Shown one piece after another: positions 8,478 through 18,464 of a stretch of DNA of 64,000 bases. The first letter of the stretch is position 1. The number at the start of each line of letters is the position of its first letter. Both the position numbers and the translations under genes were made by a program. The notes under the pieces were generated by a model that made no database searches, was not told where the DNA came from, and was given only the letters and a program-made list of their open reading frames with translations. This stretch comes from Patescibacteria group bacterium (GTDB lineage: Bacteria; Patescibacteriota; Minisyncoccia; Minisyncoccales; Staskawiczbacteraceae), in assembly GCA_018895235.1 (NCBI GenBank), contig JAHIOM010000010.1, positions 2,406 through 66,405 of the forward strand. The letters are read 5' to 3'.

Positions 8478-8747
8478 ATGGCAATTACTAAATCGGCAAA
8501 AAAAGCCCTGCGCCAAAGCATTGGACGCAGAGCAAGAAATATTATTTATAAAGACAAAATAAAAAACCTCGTAAAAAAGGCGAGGATTTTAGTTTCTGAA
8601 AAGAAAATTGAAGAGGTAAAAAAGATTTTACCCGAGGTTTACCAAATTCTAGACAAAGCAGCGAAGGTTGGGTTGATTAAAAAAAACACAGCAGCAAGAA
8701 AAAAAAGCCGATTAACTAAATTGATCGATAGAAACACAACCGAGTAA
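8478..8747 (+). CDS. rpsT: 30S ribosomal protein S20
   Basis: MAITKSAKKALRQSIGRRARN is a typical S20 N-terminus. The start is moved to the in-frame ATG at 8478. Confidence 0.9.
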   Translation: MAITKSAKKALRQSIGRRARNIIYKDKIKNLVKKARILVSEKKIEEVKKILPEVYQILDKAAKVGLIKKNTAARKKSRLTKLIDRNTTE

Positions 8748-8748
8748 A

Positions 8749-9690
8749 CTACATCCCGGCGACCAACAGATCTAAAGCCATTTCTTGTTCTATTTTGCCG
8801 GTTTTTACATCGAAATCTACCTGAAATATCTTTTGGTAGATTTTTTTTAATTCCGAAAAAGTGAATTGCCCGGCTTGATAATAGCTTTTTTTAACCACAA
8901 AAGGATGAAGGCCGCTTTTTTGGATAATAAGACCATAGGGTTTATTTTTCTCCATTAACTCCTTAATTGTTAAAAGATTGCGGAATTGATAACCTATCAT
9001 TGATAGCAGATATAAAGGAGAATCGCCGTTTTCTAAGTGTTGATATAATAAATTAAGCGCTTGTTTTTTGTTCTTTTGGGCGATAGCATCAATGGTCTTA
9101 AAAATATCTGTTTCAATTTTGTTTTTTACAAGCAGTTTAATATCCGCAGCAGTAATTATTTTATTTCTTTTAAAATTAACCAGTTTTTGTATTTCATTTG
9201 CCATCCGCCATAAATCGTCACCGATATAATTAATAAGAAGACCTAAAGCATTTGGGTCAATTGCACCATTTTGTTTCTCAACTTCTTTTTTAACCCAATT
9301 CCTAAGATTTTGGCCTTCTAAAAGTTTAAACTCTTGCGATTTAGCGTTTTTATTTAAAACCTTGAGTAATTTATCCCCCTTTTTAATATTCTCTTTTTCG
9401 TAAATCACTATTATGTCTTCTGAATCTAAGAATGTTTTTATTTCTTTTTGAAACTCCTCTTTAAGGCTGGCCTTTGTAAAAAGATTGGCGATTATTGTTA
9501 ATTTTTTTTCTTTAAATATTGAAGTTTGTTGGATTTTATCTTTTAAATCGTTAATAACAACATTTTTCTCTTCACAATCAAAAAACCTTAAATTCAACCC
9601 ACTTTTATGGGTTTTATTATAATGAGCCAGCACTTCTTCTAATTTTTGACGCGACCTGTAGGAATCCGGGCCGTAAAGAAAAATAATCAT
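8749..9690 (-). CDS. holA: DNA polymerase III delta subunit
   Basis: N-terminal MIIFLYGPDSYRSRQKLEEV, plus size and helical C-terminal half typical of HolA. Confidence 0.65.
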   Translation of the reverse strand: MIIFLYGPDSYRSRQKLEEVLAHYNKTHKSGLNLRFFDCEEKNVVINDLKDKIQQTSIFKEKKLTIIANLFTKASLKEEFQKEIKTFLDSEDIIVIYEKENIKKGDKLLKVLNKNAKSQEFKLLEGQNLRNWVKKEVEKQNGAIDPNALGLLINYIGDDLWRMANEIQKLVNFKRNKIITAADIKLLVKNKIETDIFKTIDAIAQKNKKQALNLLYQHLENGDSPLYLLSMIGYQFRNLLTIKELMEKNKPYGLIIQKSGLHPFVVKKSYYQAGQFTFSELKKIYQKIFQVDFDVKTGKIEQEMALDLLVAGM

Positions 9691-9751
9691 GTAAATAATT
9701 TCTTATTGCTGCAACTTTTGTACTTCGACAAGCTCAGCACTAACCCTGAGT

Positions 9752-10630
9752 TTATCGAATGGGTTGACAACTTGAACAATAATGGGCACTTCTTCCGCCT
9801 ATTTTTAATCTTTTTATAATACCGCCGCAGTGGCTGCATTTTTCGCCTTCTCGCTGATAAACCTTTCTTTCAATATCAAAGCTGCCCTTTTTACCCTGCA
9901 AATCTCTAAAATCTGATATACTTTCGCCTCTTAATTTAATACCTTTTTTCAGTACTATTTTTATTGATTTATAAAGTTTTTTTAACTCCTGATTATTTAA
10001 TTGAGACGCGGTTTTTAAAGGGTGAATTTTCGCCCGCCACAATGCTTCGTCAGAATAAATATTGCCAATACCCGCGATAACTTTCTGATCCATTAAAACC
10101 TGTTTTATTTTACCTTTTTTGTTTTTTATTATTTTCTTGAATTTTCTAAGGTTGAAAGAAAAATTCAAGGGCTCTGGCCCAAGCTCTTTAAACCCTTTGG
10201 AATTTTTTAACTCTGATGTATCCCACAGCTCTACTTTAGCAAATTTTCGCAAATCAGAAAGGGCAAGCATTAAATCGCCGGTCAGCCAAAACATAAGATG
10301 AATATAAAGATTGACTCTTTCTTCCAAGGGACCTATTTGAAGCGGCTGCCATTTTTGCATTAATAATTCCCAATTTCCCGCTAGAAGATGACCAGTTAGT
10401 TTTTGATGGATCAAAAGCGAATAACCATCTGATAATTCTAAAATAATATTTTTGGCACGGCGCCAAACTTTTTTGATTTTTTTACCCTTTAATTTTCTTT
10501 GGAAATCTTCAAAACTCCCGGGTTTTTTTATTATCTTGGGAGTATCAGTCCAAACATCAATAAAGGTCCTGTTGAGGACCTTTATTCGTAAATCTCTAAC
10601 AATTGTTTCTACTTCTGGCAATTCAGGCAT
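9752..10630 (-). CDS. mutM: formamidopyrimidine-DNA glycosylase
   Basis: MPELPEVETI N-terminus (start moved to the 4th codon of the track ORF). C-terminal zinc finger CSHCGG...HYCSSCQ. Confidence 0.9.
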   Translation of the reverse strand: MPELPEVETIVRDLRIKVLNRTFIDVWTDTPKIIKKPGSFEDFQRKLKGKKIKKVWRRAKNIILELSDGYSLLIHQKLTGHLLAGNWELLMQKWQPLQIGPLEERVNLYIHLMFWLTGDLMLALSDLRKFAKVELWDTSELKNSKGFKELGPEPLNFSFNLRKFKKIIKNKKGKIKQVLMDQKVIAGIGNIYSDEALWRAKIHPLKTASQLNNQELKKLYKSIKIVLKKGIKLRGESISDFRDLQGKKGSFDIERKVYQREGEKCSHCGGIIKRLKIGGRSAHYCSSCQPIR

Positions 10631-10647
10631 CTTACACAACCTTATTT

Positions 10648-11232
10648 TTATATGGAGGATTTTTTACCGGTGTTTTTTCTATTTTGTTTTCCTGCCAGGT
10701 CTTTTATTTCTTTTTTGAGTTTTATTATTTCTACTTCGCGGTTCTTCACTAGTTCTTGCAGTTGTTCTGATTCTTCAATTATTTTTTGCAGCTCTAGGGC
10801 TCTGCCCTTAACCTTTTGCTCCAAATTATTGATTTCTTCCTCCAATTCTTGAGTCCTTGCTCTTACCCTTACGTCAGCCACATCCTCGGCTTTTTCAGCT
10901 GTTTGGTGGCTTTGTTCTAATTCTCCCGCTATTTTATTAAAAGCCTTGGCTAATTCCCCAAATTCATCTTTGGTTCCTAAATAAATTCTGGAGTTTAATT
11001 CCCCGCGGCTTAACTTCTCGGCCTTATCTAATAACTGCCTTACGGGAGAGCTGAATTTTTGTCCTATGGAAAAACCAAAAAGAAAAACGAAAACAGCAAT
11101 CAAGGCGAAAATTGCATAAACCTCAATGTTTAAATTCTCATAATTCAAAGCAGTAAAAACAACCATAACAAAAATACCGATGATTATTATCGGGAAAGAG
11201 ACCTTGAACAGAATTTTTTTCGATGTTTTCAT
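10648..11232 (-). CDS. membrane protein with HAMP domain and coiled-coil tail
   Basis: Two N-terminal TM segments, then SSPVRQLLDKAEKLSRGELNSRI...DEFGELAKAFNKIAGEL, a HAMP-type motif. Confidence 0.6.
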   Translation of the reverse strand: MKTSKKILFKVSFPIIIIGIFVMVVFTALNYENLNIEVYAIFALIAVFVFLFGFSIGQKFSSPVRQLLDKAEKLSRGELNSRIYLGTKDEFGELAKAFNKIAGELEQSHQTAEKAEDVADVRVRARTQELEEEINNLEQKVKGRALELQKIIEESEQLQELVKNREVEIIKLKKEIKDLAGKQNRKNTGKKSSI

Positions 11233-11273
11233 TTTTTTGGTTGTAGTTGCAAAATTAATTATTTTTGTGGTTT

Positions 11274-12167
11274 TTAATCTTGGAAAGACGCAAGCCGGCT
11301 AATAAGACTATGGAATTCAAATTCGGAAAGCAGTTTTTCAACCTCGCTCCGGTTAAAATCTCCAAACCGGCATTCTTCTATAATAAAATCAATATTAACA
11401 TCTCTTTTAGTTTCTACAAGCGTTCTGGCGAAAAAAGCCTGCTTTTTATTCTTTAATAAGGTATCTTTTATCCTCGGTTTAATATCGACTTCGTTGTTTT
11501 CTATTTTTTGGTAAAGATTATCTATGGTACCGAATTCTTTCAAAAGATCTGCAGCTGTTTTTTTGCCCACACCCAGAACCCCAGGGATATTATCTGAAGG
11601 ATCGCCGGTAAGGGATTTAAAATCAACCATTTGTTCGGGGCTAACTCCGAAACGGGATAAAACCCTTTCTCTATCATAAATAATCGTATCTTTTATCCCC
11701 CTTCCCAATGTATAAACTTTTGTATTTTCATCAACAAGCTGTAAAGTATCAAGGTCTCCGCTAAGGATATAGGTTTCTAACCATTTATTTTCTTTCTCGG
11801 CTTTTGTCGAAATTGTCGCAATCAGGTCGTCGGCCTCAAAACCTTCTTTCTCAAAAATAGGGATTTCAAAGACCTTCAAAATTTCTTTTATTTTTGGCAG
11901 TTGAATTTTGATTTCTTCTGGTGTTTTTGGCCTTTTAGCTTTATACTCTGCGAATTTTTGGTGGCGAAATGTCGGAACAGCCACATCAAAGCAAGCAACA
12001 ATATAATCTGGACTTAAATCTTTTATCGCCTTAAACAAAGTCAGAAGAAAACCATAGACAGCGCCTGTCGGCTCCCCCTTTTTTGTTGTTAGGGGAGGCA
12101 ATGCGTGGAAGGCTCGGTGTAAAAGAGCATTGGAATCAAGAATAATCAGTCTTTTTTTGTCTATCAT
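11274..12167 (-). CDS. 5'-3' exonuclease (Pol I N-terminal/FEN-like)
   Basis: LIILDSNALLHRAFHALPPL..GEPTGAVYGF and DNIPGVLGVGKKTA (H3TH motif). Confidence 0.85.
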   Translation of the reverse strand: MIDKKRLIILDSNALLHRAFHALPPLTTKKGEPTGAVYGFLLTLFKAIKDLSPDYIVACFDVAVPTFRHQKFAEYKAKRPKTPEEIKIQLPKIKEILKVFEIPIFEKEGFEADDLIATISTKAEKENKWLETYILSGDLDTLQLVDENTKVYTLGRGIKDTIIYDRERVLSRFGVSPEQMVDFKSLTGDPSDNIPGVLGVGKKTAADLLKEFGTIDNLYQKIENNEVDIKPRIKDTLLKNKKQAFFARTLVETKRDVNIDFIIEECRFGDFNRSEVEKLLSEFEFHSLISRLASFQD

Positions 12168-12660
12168 TTTTTAATGGTACCATTTTTGCCGCATTATGAC
12201 AAAACGATATTTCTCTTTTATTTTTACCGACAAATTTAAAACCGACAAGAATAGAGCTGAGGGGCATACTTTTTTTGATTTTATCCACCCATTCAATAGC
12301 AATGATATTTCTAGGATTTTTAATAATTTCTTTTATATTTAATTGCAGCAAATCTTTGAATTTTTTAATCCTGTAGCAATCAATGTGATAAAAATCATCT
12401 CTCTGTTTTGTTTTTTTATTGTTTAACGGGAATCTCTTCATTATTAGAAAAGTCGGACTCAGAATTTTTTCTTTTATGCCAAAACCCCTGGCAAGGCCTT
12501 GTAAAAAGGTGGTTTTCCCACTGCCTAAATCGCCGCTTAAACCGACTACTACGGCCTTTTTGGACAAAGGCATTTGCATAATTTTTTTAGCGAAATTCTC
12601 GCCCAATTTTTGGGTTTGCCTGGCATTATTGGTCAGATATTTAGATTTATTTTTTCGCAT
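12136..12660 (-). CDS. tsaE: tRNA t6A biosynthesis ATPase TsaE
   Basis: VVGLSGDLGSGKTTFLQGLARGFGI followed by SPTF is the TsaE/YjeE signature. Confidence 0.85.
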   Translation of the reverse strand: MRKNKSKYLTNNARQTQKLGENFAKKIMQMPLSKKAVVVGLSGDLGSGKTTFLQGLARGFGIKEKILSPTFLIMKRFPLNNKKTKQRDDFYHIDCYRIKKFKDLLQLNIKEIIKNPRNIIAIEWVDKIKKSMPLSSILVGFKFVGKNKREISFCHNAAKMVPLKNDRQKKTDYS

Positions 12661-12734
12661 TAATTATCAGCAAATAACTAAATTGACTTATTAGGGGAAA
12701 TAATGTAATTTGAACTAAGTTAAAAAACTTATTT

Positions 12735-13829
12735 ATGGATTTATACGAAGACGCTAAAAACCTTATTAAGCAGTCCAAGAATATTTATATTCTACCATCG
12801 CAAGAAAAAGAAGAAAGCATAATAAGCGCTTTGGCTCTTTTTTATACTTTAAAAGAATTAAATAAAAATGTAAACTTGATTGTCGATGAAATTCCCGAAA
12901 GATTAAAATTCCTGATTCCTTCTTTAGATTATATCTCTTACCCAAGAAATTTTGTCATTGCACTCCCTAATAATTTGGCGGAAATTTCTCAAATTCGTTA
13001 TGAAAAAGACGAAAAAGATTTAAAAATTTACTTAACAACAAATAAGGGAAATATCAAAAAAAGCGATATTTCTTTTTCTTTTACAGCGCCAAAAGCTGAC
13101 CTTTTAATAACAATTGGCGTTAAAGAGTTAAACCAAAATAATCAATCCGGTTTTACGGGAAAAGATTTCTTATCAAATACCGCAATTCTAAATATTGATA
13201 ATAAAAAAGAAGGCGAAAGCTTTGGTAAAATTAACCTGGTGAAAGAAAACGGATCTTTGACTGAGATTGTTTTTAGTGTCATTAAATTAATCGATGAAAA
13301 TTTGATCAAAAAAGATATTGCTATCAGCTTATTAGCGGGGCTTATTGTTTTTTCTAATAACTTCCAAAGCAAAAACATATCTTCAGAAATATTAGAAATT
13401 GCTGCCTTTTTAACCAAAAAAGGAGAATCTATTAATCTAATTGCAAACAAACTCTACCAGCAAGAATCTTTGCCTCAAATCAAGTTTTTGGGACAAGTTT
13501 TAAATAATTTAAATGTCGCAGAAAATAATAAGGCGTCTTGGGCGGTTTTGGATAATTTAGATTGCCAAAATCTTGTAGAAAAGGATATTACAACGGTTGT
13601 TGAACGATTAAAAAATAACTTTGATTTTAGAAATTTATTTGTACTTTGGAAAAGCCATTCTTCAGAACCTGTGAGCAAAGGATTTTTTTATTCGGAAAAT
13701 TATGATTTAATTAAAAAAGCGGAGAACGAATATCAAGGAACGGTAAAGAATAATAATATTTTTTTCTTATCGGAAAAACGCGGTCTCGATTCAATAAAAA
13801 ACGGACTATTAAAAATAATAACTTCTTAA
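12735..13829 (+). CDS. DHH/DHHA1-like (NrnA-like) protein with a degenerate catalytic motif
   Basis: N-terminal layout NIYILPSQEKEESIISALALFYTLKELNKNV parallels NrnA, but the H..D.D residues are replaced. Confidence 0.35.
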   Translation: MDLYEDAKNLIKQSKNIYILPSQEKEESIISALALFYTLKELNKNVNLIVDEIPERLKFLIPSLDYISYPRNFVIALPNNLAEISQIRYEKDEKDLKIYLTTNKGNIKKSDISFSFTAPKADLLITIGVKELNQNNQSGFTGKDFLSNTAILNIDNKKEGESFGKINLVKENGSLTEIVFSVIKLIDENLIKKDIAISLLAGLIVFSNNFQSKNISSEILEIAAFLTKKGESINLIANKLYQQESLPQIKFLGQVLNNLNVAENNKASWAVLDNLDCQNLVEKDITTVVERLKNNFDFRNLFVLWKSHSSEPVSKGFFYSENYDLIKKAENEYQGTVKNNNIFFLSEKRGLDSIKNGLLKIITS

Positions 13830-13832
13830 AAA

Positions 13833-15146
13833 ATGCAATACGAAACTTCTCAAAAATTATTAGGCCTAGTTACAATCTCTAAGGAAATTTTTGGGCAGAT
13901 GAAGGAAGAGGTGAAACATATTTCTGATTTTAAAAAGAAGGTGGAAGAATTTTCAAATCAAAAGGTTACCGACCTTGTTGATGTAATTTTATCAGGATCA
14001 ATTATTATTACTTGCTCCGATATACATATTGAACCTCAAGAAGACCAGGCCCGTTTAAGGGTCAGATTAGACGGAGTTTTGCAGGATGTGTTATTTTTTG
14101 ATTTAAAAATATATCGAACTCTGCTTTCGCGCTTGAAACTTTTATCTAAAATTAAATTAAACATTACCGGCAAACCTCAAGATGGAAGGTTCACGATTTT
14201 AATAGACGAAACTCCAATTGAAATTAGGGCATCCAGCCTGCCATCAGAGTATGGCGAATCAATTGTGATGAGAATATTAAACCCAAAAAATTTGATCGGT
14301 TTGGAAGCATTGGGTTTAAGAAAGGACCTACTTGAAATATTTGGAAAAGAAATCAAAAAACCAAACGGAATGATAATTGTGACCGGTCCCACCGGCTCTG
14401 GTAAAACAACCACTCTTTATGCTTTTTTAATGAAAATCCAAAACCCTGAAATCAAAATTATCACGATTGAAGACCCTATTGAATATCATTTAAAAGGTAT
14501 TTCCCAAACCCAAGTTGCGCCAGAAAAAGGATATGATTTCGGCCAAGGCCTTCGTTCTATTGTTCGGCAAGACCCCGATGTTATTTTAGTGGGTGAAATA
14601 AGGGATTTGGAAACAGCTAAAATCGCTTTGCAAGCGTCCTTAACCGGACATTTGGTTTTAAGTACTTTACATACAAATGACGCTGCCGGCACAATACCAA
14701 GACTTGTGGACCTGGGGACCGAACCATCTTCGATCGCCCCTGCTCTTAATATGGCAGTCGCCCAAAGATTAGTGAGAAGGGTTTGTTCAAAATGTGCTAC
14801 TCTTGTTAAGCCCACTCCCAAACAATTTGATGAAATTAAAAAAGGCCTTGAGAACTTACCCAAAACCGTAAAAATAGCTCCTCTAGATAAAAATCTCAAA
14901 ATCCCGAAAATAAAAGGTTGTGAATTTTGCAACAATACCGGTTATCGGGGCCGGAGAGGTTTGTTTGAAGCTTTTTTAATAGACGACGAAATGGAAAAAT
15001 TCATTTTAACCAATCCACCGGTTTCGTCTATTAGAGAGTTGGCTATTAAAAAAGGAATGGTAACTATGTACCAATCGGGGTTGATTGAGGTAGTTGAAGG
15101 GAAAACTACTATGGAAGAAATCCTAAGAATGGTTGAAGCTAATTAA
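13833..15146 (+). CDS. GspE/PilB-family secretion ATPase (type IV pilus/T2SS type), short form
   Basis: Walker A GPTGSGKTTT, then IITIEDPIEY, RQDPDVILVGEIRD, TGHLVLSTLHTNDA, and a tetra-Cys motif CSKC...CEFC. Confidence 0.85.
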   Translation: MQYETSQKLLGLVTISKEIFGQMKEEVKHISDFKKKVEEFSNQKVTDLVDVILSGSIIITCSDIHIEPQEDQARLRVRLDGVLQDVLFFDLKIYRTLLSRLKLLSKIKLNITGKPQDGRFTILIDETPIEIRASSLPSEYGESIVMRILNPKNLIGLEALGLRKDLLEIFGKEIKKPNGMIIVTGPTGSGKTTTLYAFLMKIQNPEIKIITIEDPIEYHLKGISQTQVAPEKGYDFGQGLRSIVRQDPDVILVGEIRDLETAKIALQASLTGHLVLSTLHTNDAAGTIPRLVDLGTEPSSIAPALNMAVAQRLVRRVCSKCATLVKPTPKQFDEIKKGLENLPKTVKIAPLDKNLKIPKIKGCEFCNNTGYRGRRGLFEAFLIDDEMEKFILTNPPVSSIRELAIKKGMVTMYQSGLIEVVEGKTTMEEILRMVEAN

Positions 15147-15239
15147 GAACCATGCCTGCGGGCAGAACCTTGAATGTTTGCCTTCGGCAAGCCATTATCT
15201 AAGAACCTCTCCTTCGGCGAGAACCTTAATTCGCTAAGG
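15145..15239 (+). repeat. hairpin cassette family, copy B (two units)
   Basis: AAGAACC ATGCCTGCGGGCA GAACCTTGAAT GTTTGCCTTCGGCAAGC CATTATCT AAGAACC TCTCCTTCGGCGAGA ACCTTAATTCGCTAAGG. It starts on the stop codon of the PilB-like gene. Confidence 0.8.
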
Positions 15240-15264
15240 AATAGATATGTAGTCTTAAAATAAA

Positions 15265-15399
15265 AACAGCTCTGTAGCTGGAGGCGTCCTTATATCTGTG
15301 ATATAAGCCGAATTTGGCTGAGGAATAATCGAGCCGAAGCCTGATTACCCAGAAACTAAGACAAATCCAATAACACACGCCTCCAGCTACAGAGCTGTT
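15265..15399. repeat. 135-bp element closed by a perfect 23-bp inverted repeat
   Basis: AACAGCTCTGTAGCTGGAGGCGT (15265-15287) and its exact reverse complement (15377-15399), separated by 89 nt that contain smaller hairpins. Confidence 0.9.
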
Positions 15400-15506
15400 G
15401 TCCTCTGTAATTGTTATATTGTATAATCTCTCGCTTATTTTGAATAAAAACCTTGTCTCGCATTCATTATCTTAACAGAGCCTTATTATAGCAAACTATT
15501 AAAATT

Positions 15507-16517
15507 ATGTCAATAGTCTTAGACAAAAAAAGCAAAGAGGACGAAATTTTTGATTCTACTTTAAGACCTCAAAAATGGGAAGAATATATCGGTCAAGAGA
15601 AGGTAAAAGAAAATATTAGAATAATTATTTCAGCTGCTAAAAAACGCAAGCAGCCGCCAGACCACCTTCTCCTTTATGGAAACTCTGGGTTAGGGAAAAC
15701 AACCTTAGCCCATCTTATAGCAAAAGAAATGGGATCGCCCGTTAGAGCAACTTCTGGGCCGGGTCTTGAGAATGCCGGAGATTTAGTAGCAATATTAACG
15801 AATCTTTCTGACGGCGAAGTTTTATTTATAGACGAATGCCACCGGCTTAATAAAACTGTAGAAGAATATTTATATCCGGCTATGGAAGATTATAAACTAA
15901 ATATAATTTTAGGCAGAGGGCCTATGGCAAGGACCATGGAGTTGAAAATCCCTCATTTTACCTTAATCGGAGCGACCACCAGGCCCGCTTTATTATCCCC
16001 TCCTTTGAGAAACCGATTTGGCGCAACGTTCCAGCTTAATTTTTATGAGCAAAAAGATATTGAAAAAATTATTGAAAGGTCCAGTGTCCTTCTTAATTTA
16101 AAAATAGACAAAGAAGCAATAAAAGTTATTGCCCAGCGGTCGCGTTTTACCCCAAGAGTCGCCAACCGCCTGTTAAAAAGAGTCAGAGATTTTGCCGAGG
16201 TAGAAGGTGATGGTTTTATTGACAAAGAAACAGCAGAACGTTCTTTGGATTTTTTAGAAGTTGATGAGAAGGGTTTAGAAATCGGCGACAGGAGGCTTTT
16301 GAAGGCAGCCATTGAAAAGTTTAATGGCGGACCGGTTGGCCTCCAAGCTCTCTCGGCCGCAGCCATGGAAGAAGAAGACAGTATTTTAGATATGTACGAA
16401 CCCTATCTAATGCAATTGGGATTTATTGAAAGAACACCGCGAGGAAGAATGATTACTGAAATAGCCTATCAGCATTTAGGGATAAAGAACCCTAAAAAGC
16501 AAAATAACTTGCTTTAA
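15507..16517 (+). CDS. ruvB: Holliday junction DNA helicase RuvB
   Basis: LRPQKWEEYIGQEKVKENI, Walker A GNSGLGKTTLA, Walker B LFIDECHRL. Confidence 0.95.
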   Translation: MSIVLDKKSKEDEIFDSTLRPQKWEEYIGQEKVKENIRIIISAAKKRKQPPDHLLLYGNSGLGKTTLAHLIAKEMGSPVRATSGPGLENAGDLVAILTNLSDGEVLFIDECHRLNKTVEEYLYPAMEDYKLNIILGRGPMARTMELKIPHFTLIGATTRPALLSPPLRNRFGATFQLNFYEQKDIEKIIERSSVLLNLKIDKEAIKVIAQRSRFTPRVANRLLKRVRDFAEVEGDGFIDKETAERSLDFLEVDEKGLEIGDRRLLKAAIEKFNGGPVGLQALSAAAMEEEDSILDMYEPYLMQLGFIERTPRGRMITEIAYQHLGIKNPKKQNNLL

Positions 16518-16519
16518 TA

Positions 16520-17722
16520 ATGATAAAACGCGGACTTCTTTTTTTTATCCTTTTTTCTTTATTTCTGCCTCAAATTACCAAAGGAATTAATAACTCTGGA
16601 GTGATTATTAATGAAATCGCTTGGATGGGTACGACAAATTCTGCGAACGACGAATGGATTGAACTGTACAATAATACTGATGAATCTGTATCGTTAGACG
16701 GATGGTCTTTTAAAACGGCCGATGAGAAATTAATAATAAATCTTAAAAACAATATCCCCGCAAGGGGATTTTATTTATTAGAGAGAACTGATGATACTAC
16801 TGTGCCCGACGTCGCGGCTGATCTAATTTATAAAGGCGCTTTAAATAATAATGGAGAATATTTGGGACTTTATAATGTTTTAAATAATTTGGTTGACGAA
16901 ATTGACTGTTCTTCGGGGTGGTTCACTGGAGATAATACCACAAAACAAACAATGGAAAAAACTCCTATTGGTTGGCAAATGAGTGAAAACCCGGGAGGCA
17001 CGCCAAGGGCAAAGAACGGCACAGGCGCAGATATAGAAACAAAACCAATAATAACAGCAGAAACCCCACAAAACCCACCAGAACCCATAAAAATGCTTGA
17101 GGAGATGCCCGCGGAGAACAGTTCTCCCCAAACCTATCCAGGAGGCATTGTTTTTAATGAAATATTGCCATCCCCCGATGGTCCGGACGAAACCGAAGAG
17201 TGGATTGAAATTTATAACCAGAACAACTTTGAAGTGGATTTTGCGGGCTGGCGGGTAAAGGACAGCGAAGGCAATATTAATATTTATGTCTTCCCCACCG
17301 CCACCACAATAAAGTCAAACGGTTATTTGGTTTTGACAAGACCTCTGACAAAAATTATTTTAAATAATACCGGCGACCGATTAATACTTTTAAAACCCGA
17401 CGGAAAAACTTCTGATATTGTATCATATACAAAGTCCCCAACAGGCCAATCATATAACAAGAGAGATAATGAATGGCATTGGAGTAACGTTTTAACCCCG
17501 GGGTTGACAAATATTATTAAAAACGAGACCATAGAAAAAACACAGAATAATAAGAAAGAAACAAAGGAAAATATTTTGAATGATAAACAAATTGCAGCGG
17601 TATTAAACCAAAATACAAAACAGCTAAAACCATTTCTATCTGTATTATTAACTGCCCTCTTAGCCGCTGTTATATCTACGACGGTATTCTTATTTTTGAA
17701 AAAGAGGTTAAAAAATAAATAA
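16520..17722 (+). CDS. secreted protein with two lamin-tail (LTD) domains and a C-terminal TM anchor
   Basis: Two copies of the LTD signature (VIINEIAWMG..DEWIELYN and IVFNEILPSP..EEWIEIYN). N-terminal signal and C-terminal hydrophobic segment. Confidence 0.65.
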   Translation: MIKRGLLFFILFSLFLPQITKGINNSGVIINEIAWMGTTNSANDEWIELYNNTDESVSLDGWSFKTADEKLIINLKNNIPARGFYLLERTDDTTVPDVAADLIYKGALNNNGEYLGLYNVLNNLVDEIDCSSGWFTGDNTTKQTMEKTPIGWQMSENPGGTPRAKNGTGADIETKPIITAETPQNPPEPIKMLEEMPAENSSPQTYPGGIVFNEILPSPDGPDETEEWIEIYNQNNFEVDFAGWRVKDSEGNINIYVFPTATTIKSNGYLVLTRPLTKIILNNTGDRLILLKPDGKTSDIVSYTKSPTGQSYNKRDNEWHWSNVLTPGLTNIIKNETIEKTQNNKKETKENILNDKQIAAVLNQNTKQLKPFLSVLLTALLAAVISTTVFLFLKKRLKNK

Positions 17723-17728
17723 AAAAAT

Positions 17729-18451
17729 ATGAGCGGTCATTCCCATTTTAAAACCATAAAAGCGCAAAAAGAGATAACCGACGCCAAAAAGGGAAAAATA
17801 TTCTCTAAAGTTGCAAAGCTCATCAGCATCGCCGCGAAGGGAGGAGGAGATCCCCTTACCAATTCCAAACTGAGGATAGCTGTTGAACAAGCTAAGGTTG
17901 TTAATATGCCCAAGGACAATGTGGAAAGGGCTATAGAAAGAGGAACGGGCGAATTAGCCGGAGAAAAATTAGAAGAGGTAGTTTTTGAAGGATTCGGACC
18001 GGCCGGCGTTGCTATTATTATTGAAGCGATAACTGATAATAAAAATCGCACCCTTAACGAAATTAAACAGATTCTCAACCAAAACAATGGAAAACTTGCC
18101 GGAGAGGGAGCTGTCCAGTGGATGTTTGAACGAAAAGGGACAATTATTATAAATAAAGGAGAAGAAACTATGTCTGAAGATCAATTGGAACTCACGGCGA
18201 TTGAAAGCGGGGCAGAAGATATTTATTTTCATGAAGACATTCTAGAGGTTTACACAAAGCCGGAAGATTTGGAGAAAGTAAAAAACAGTTTAATAGAGAA
18301 AGGAATAAAAATTGAATCGTCTGGGATAAATTTGGTTCCTAAAAATACCGTTGCTGTCGATGAAAAAACAAAACAAAACTGCCAAAAATTATTTGAAGCA
18401 TTAGACGAGAACGACGCCGTTCAAGAAATTTATTACAACATTAAAAATTAA
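17729..18451 (+). CDS. yebC: YebC/PmpR-family transcriptional regulator
   Basis: MSGHSHFKTIKAQKE...KGKIFSK is the conserved family N-terminus. Confidence 0.9.
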   Translation: MSGHSHFKTIKAQKEITDAKKGKIFSKVAKLISIAAKGGGDPLTNSKLRIAVEQAKVVNMPKDNVERAIERGTGELAGEKLEEVVFEGFGPAGVAIIIEAITDNKNRTLNEIKQILNQNNGKLAGEGAVQWMFERKGTIIINKGEETMSEDQLELTAIESGAEDIYFHEDILEVYTKPEDLEKVKNSLIEKGIKIESSGINLVPKNTVAVDEKTKQNCQKLFEALDENDAVQEIYYNIKN

Positions 18452-18464
18452 ATAAAACTTTTTC

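Noticed and set aside
8451-10639. Track start codons for rpsT (8451) and mutM (10639).
   Set aside because: Family-typical N-termini begin at internal Met codons: MAITKSAKKA at 8478 and MPELPEVE at 10630. MutM also needs Pro2 as its catalytic N-terminus.
15288-15376. Hammerhead-type ribozyme inside the 23-bp inverted-repeat element, because CUGAGGA and CGAAGCC strings are present.
   Set aside because: The strings are not arranged as CUGANGA - stem II - GAAA - stem III, and no consistent three-way junction can be drawn.
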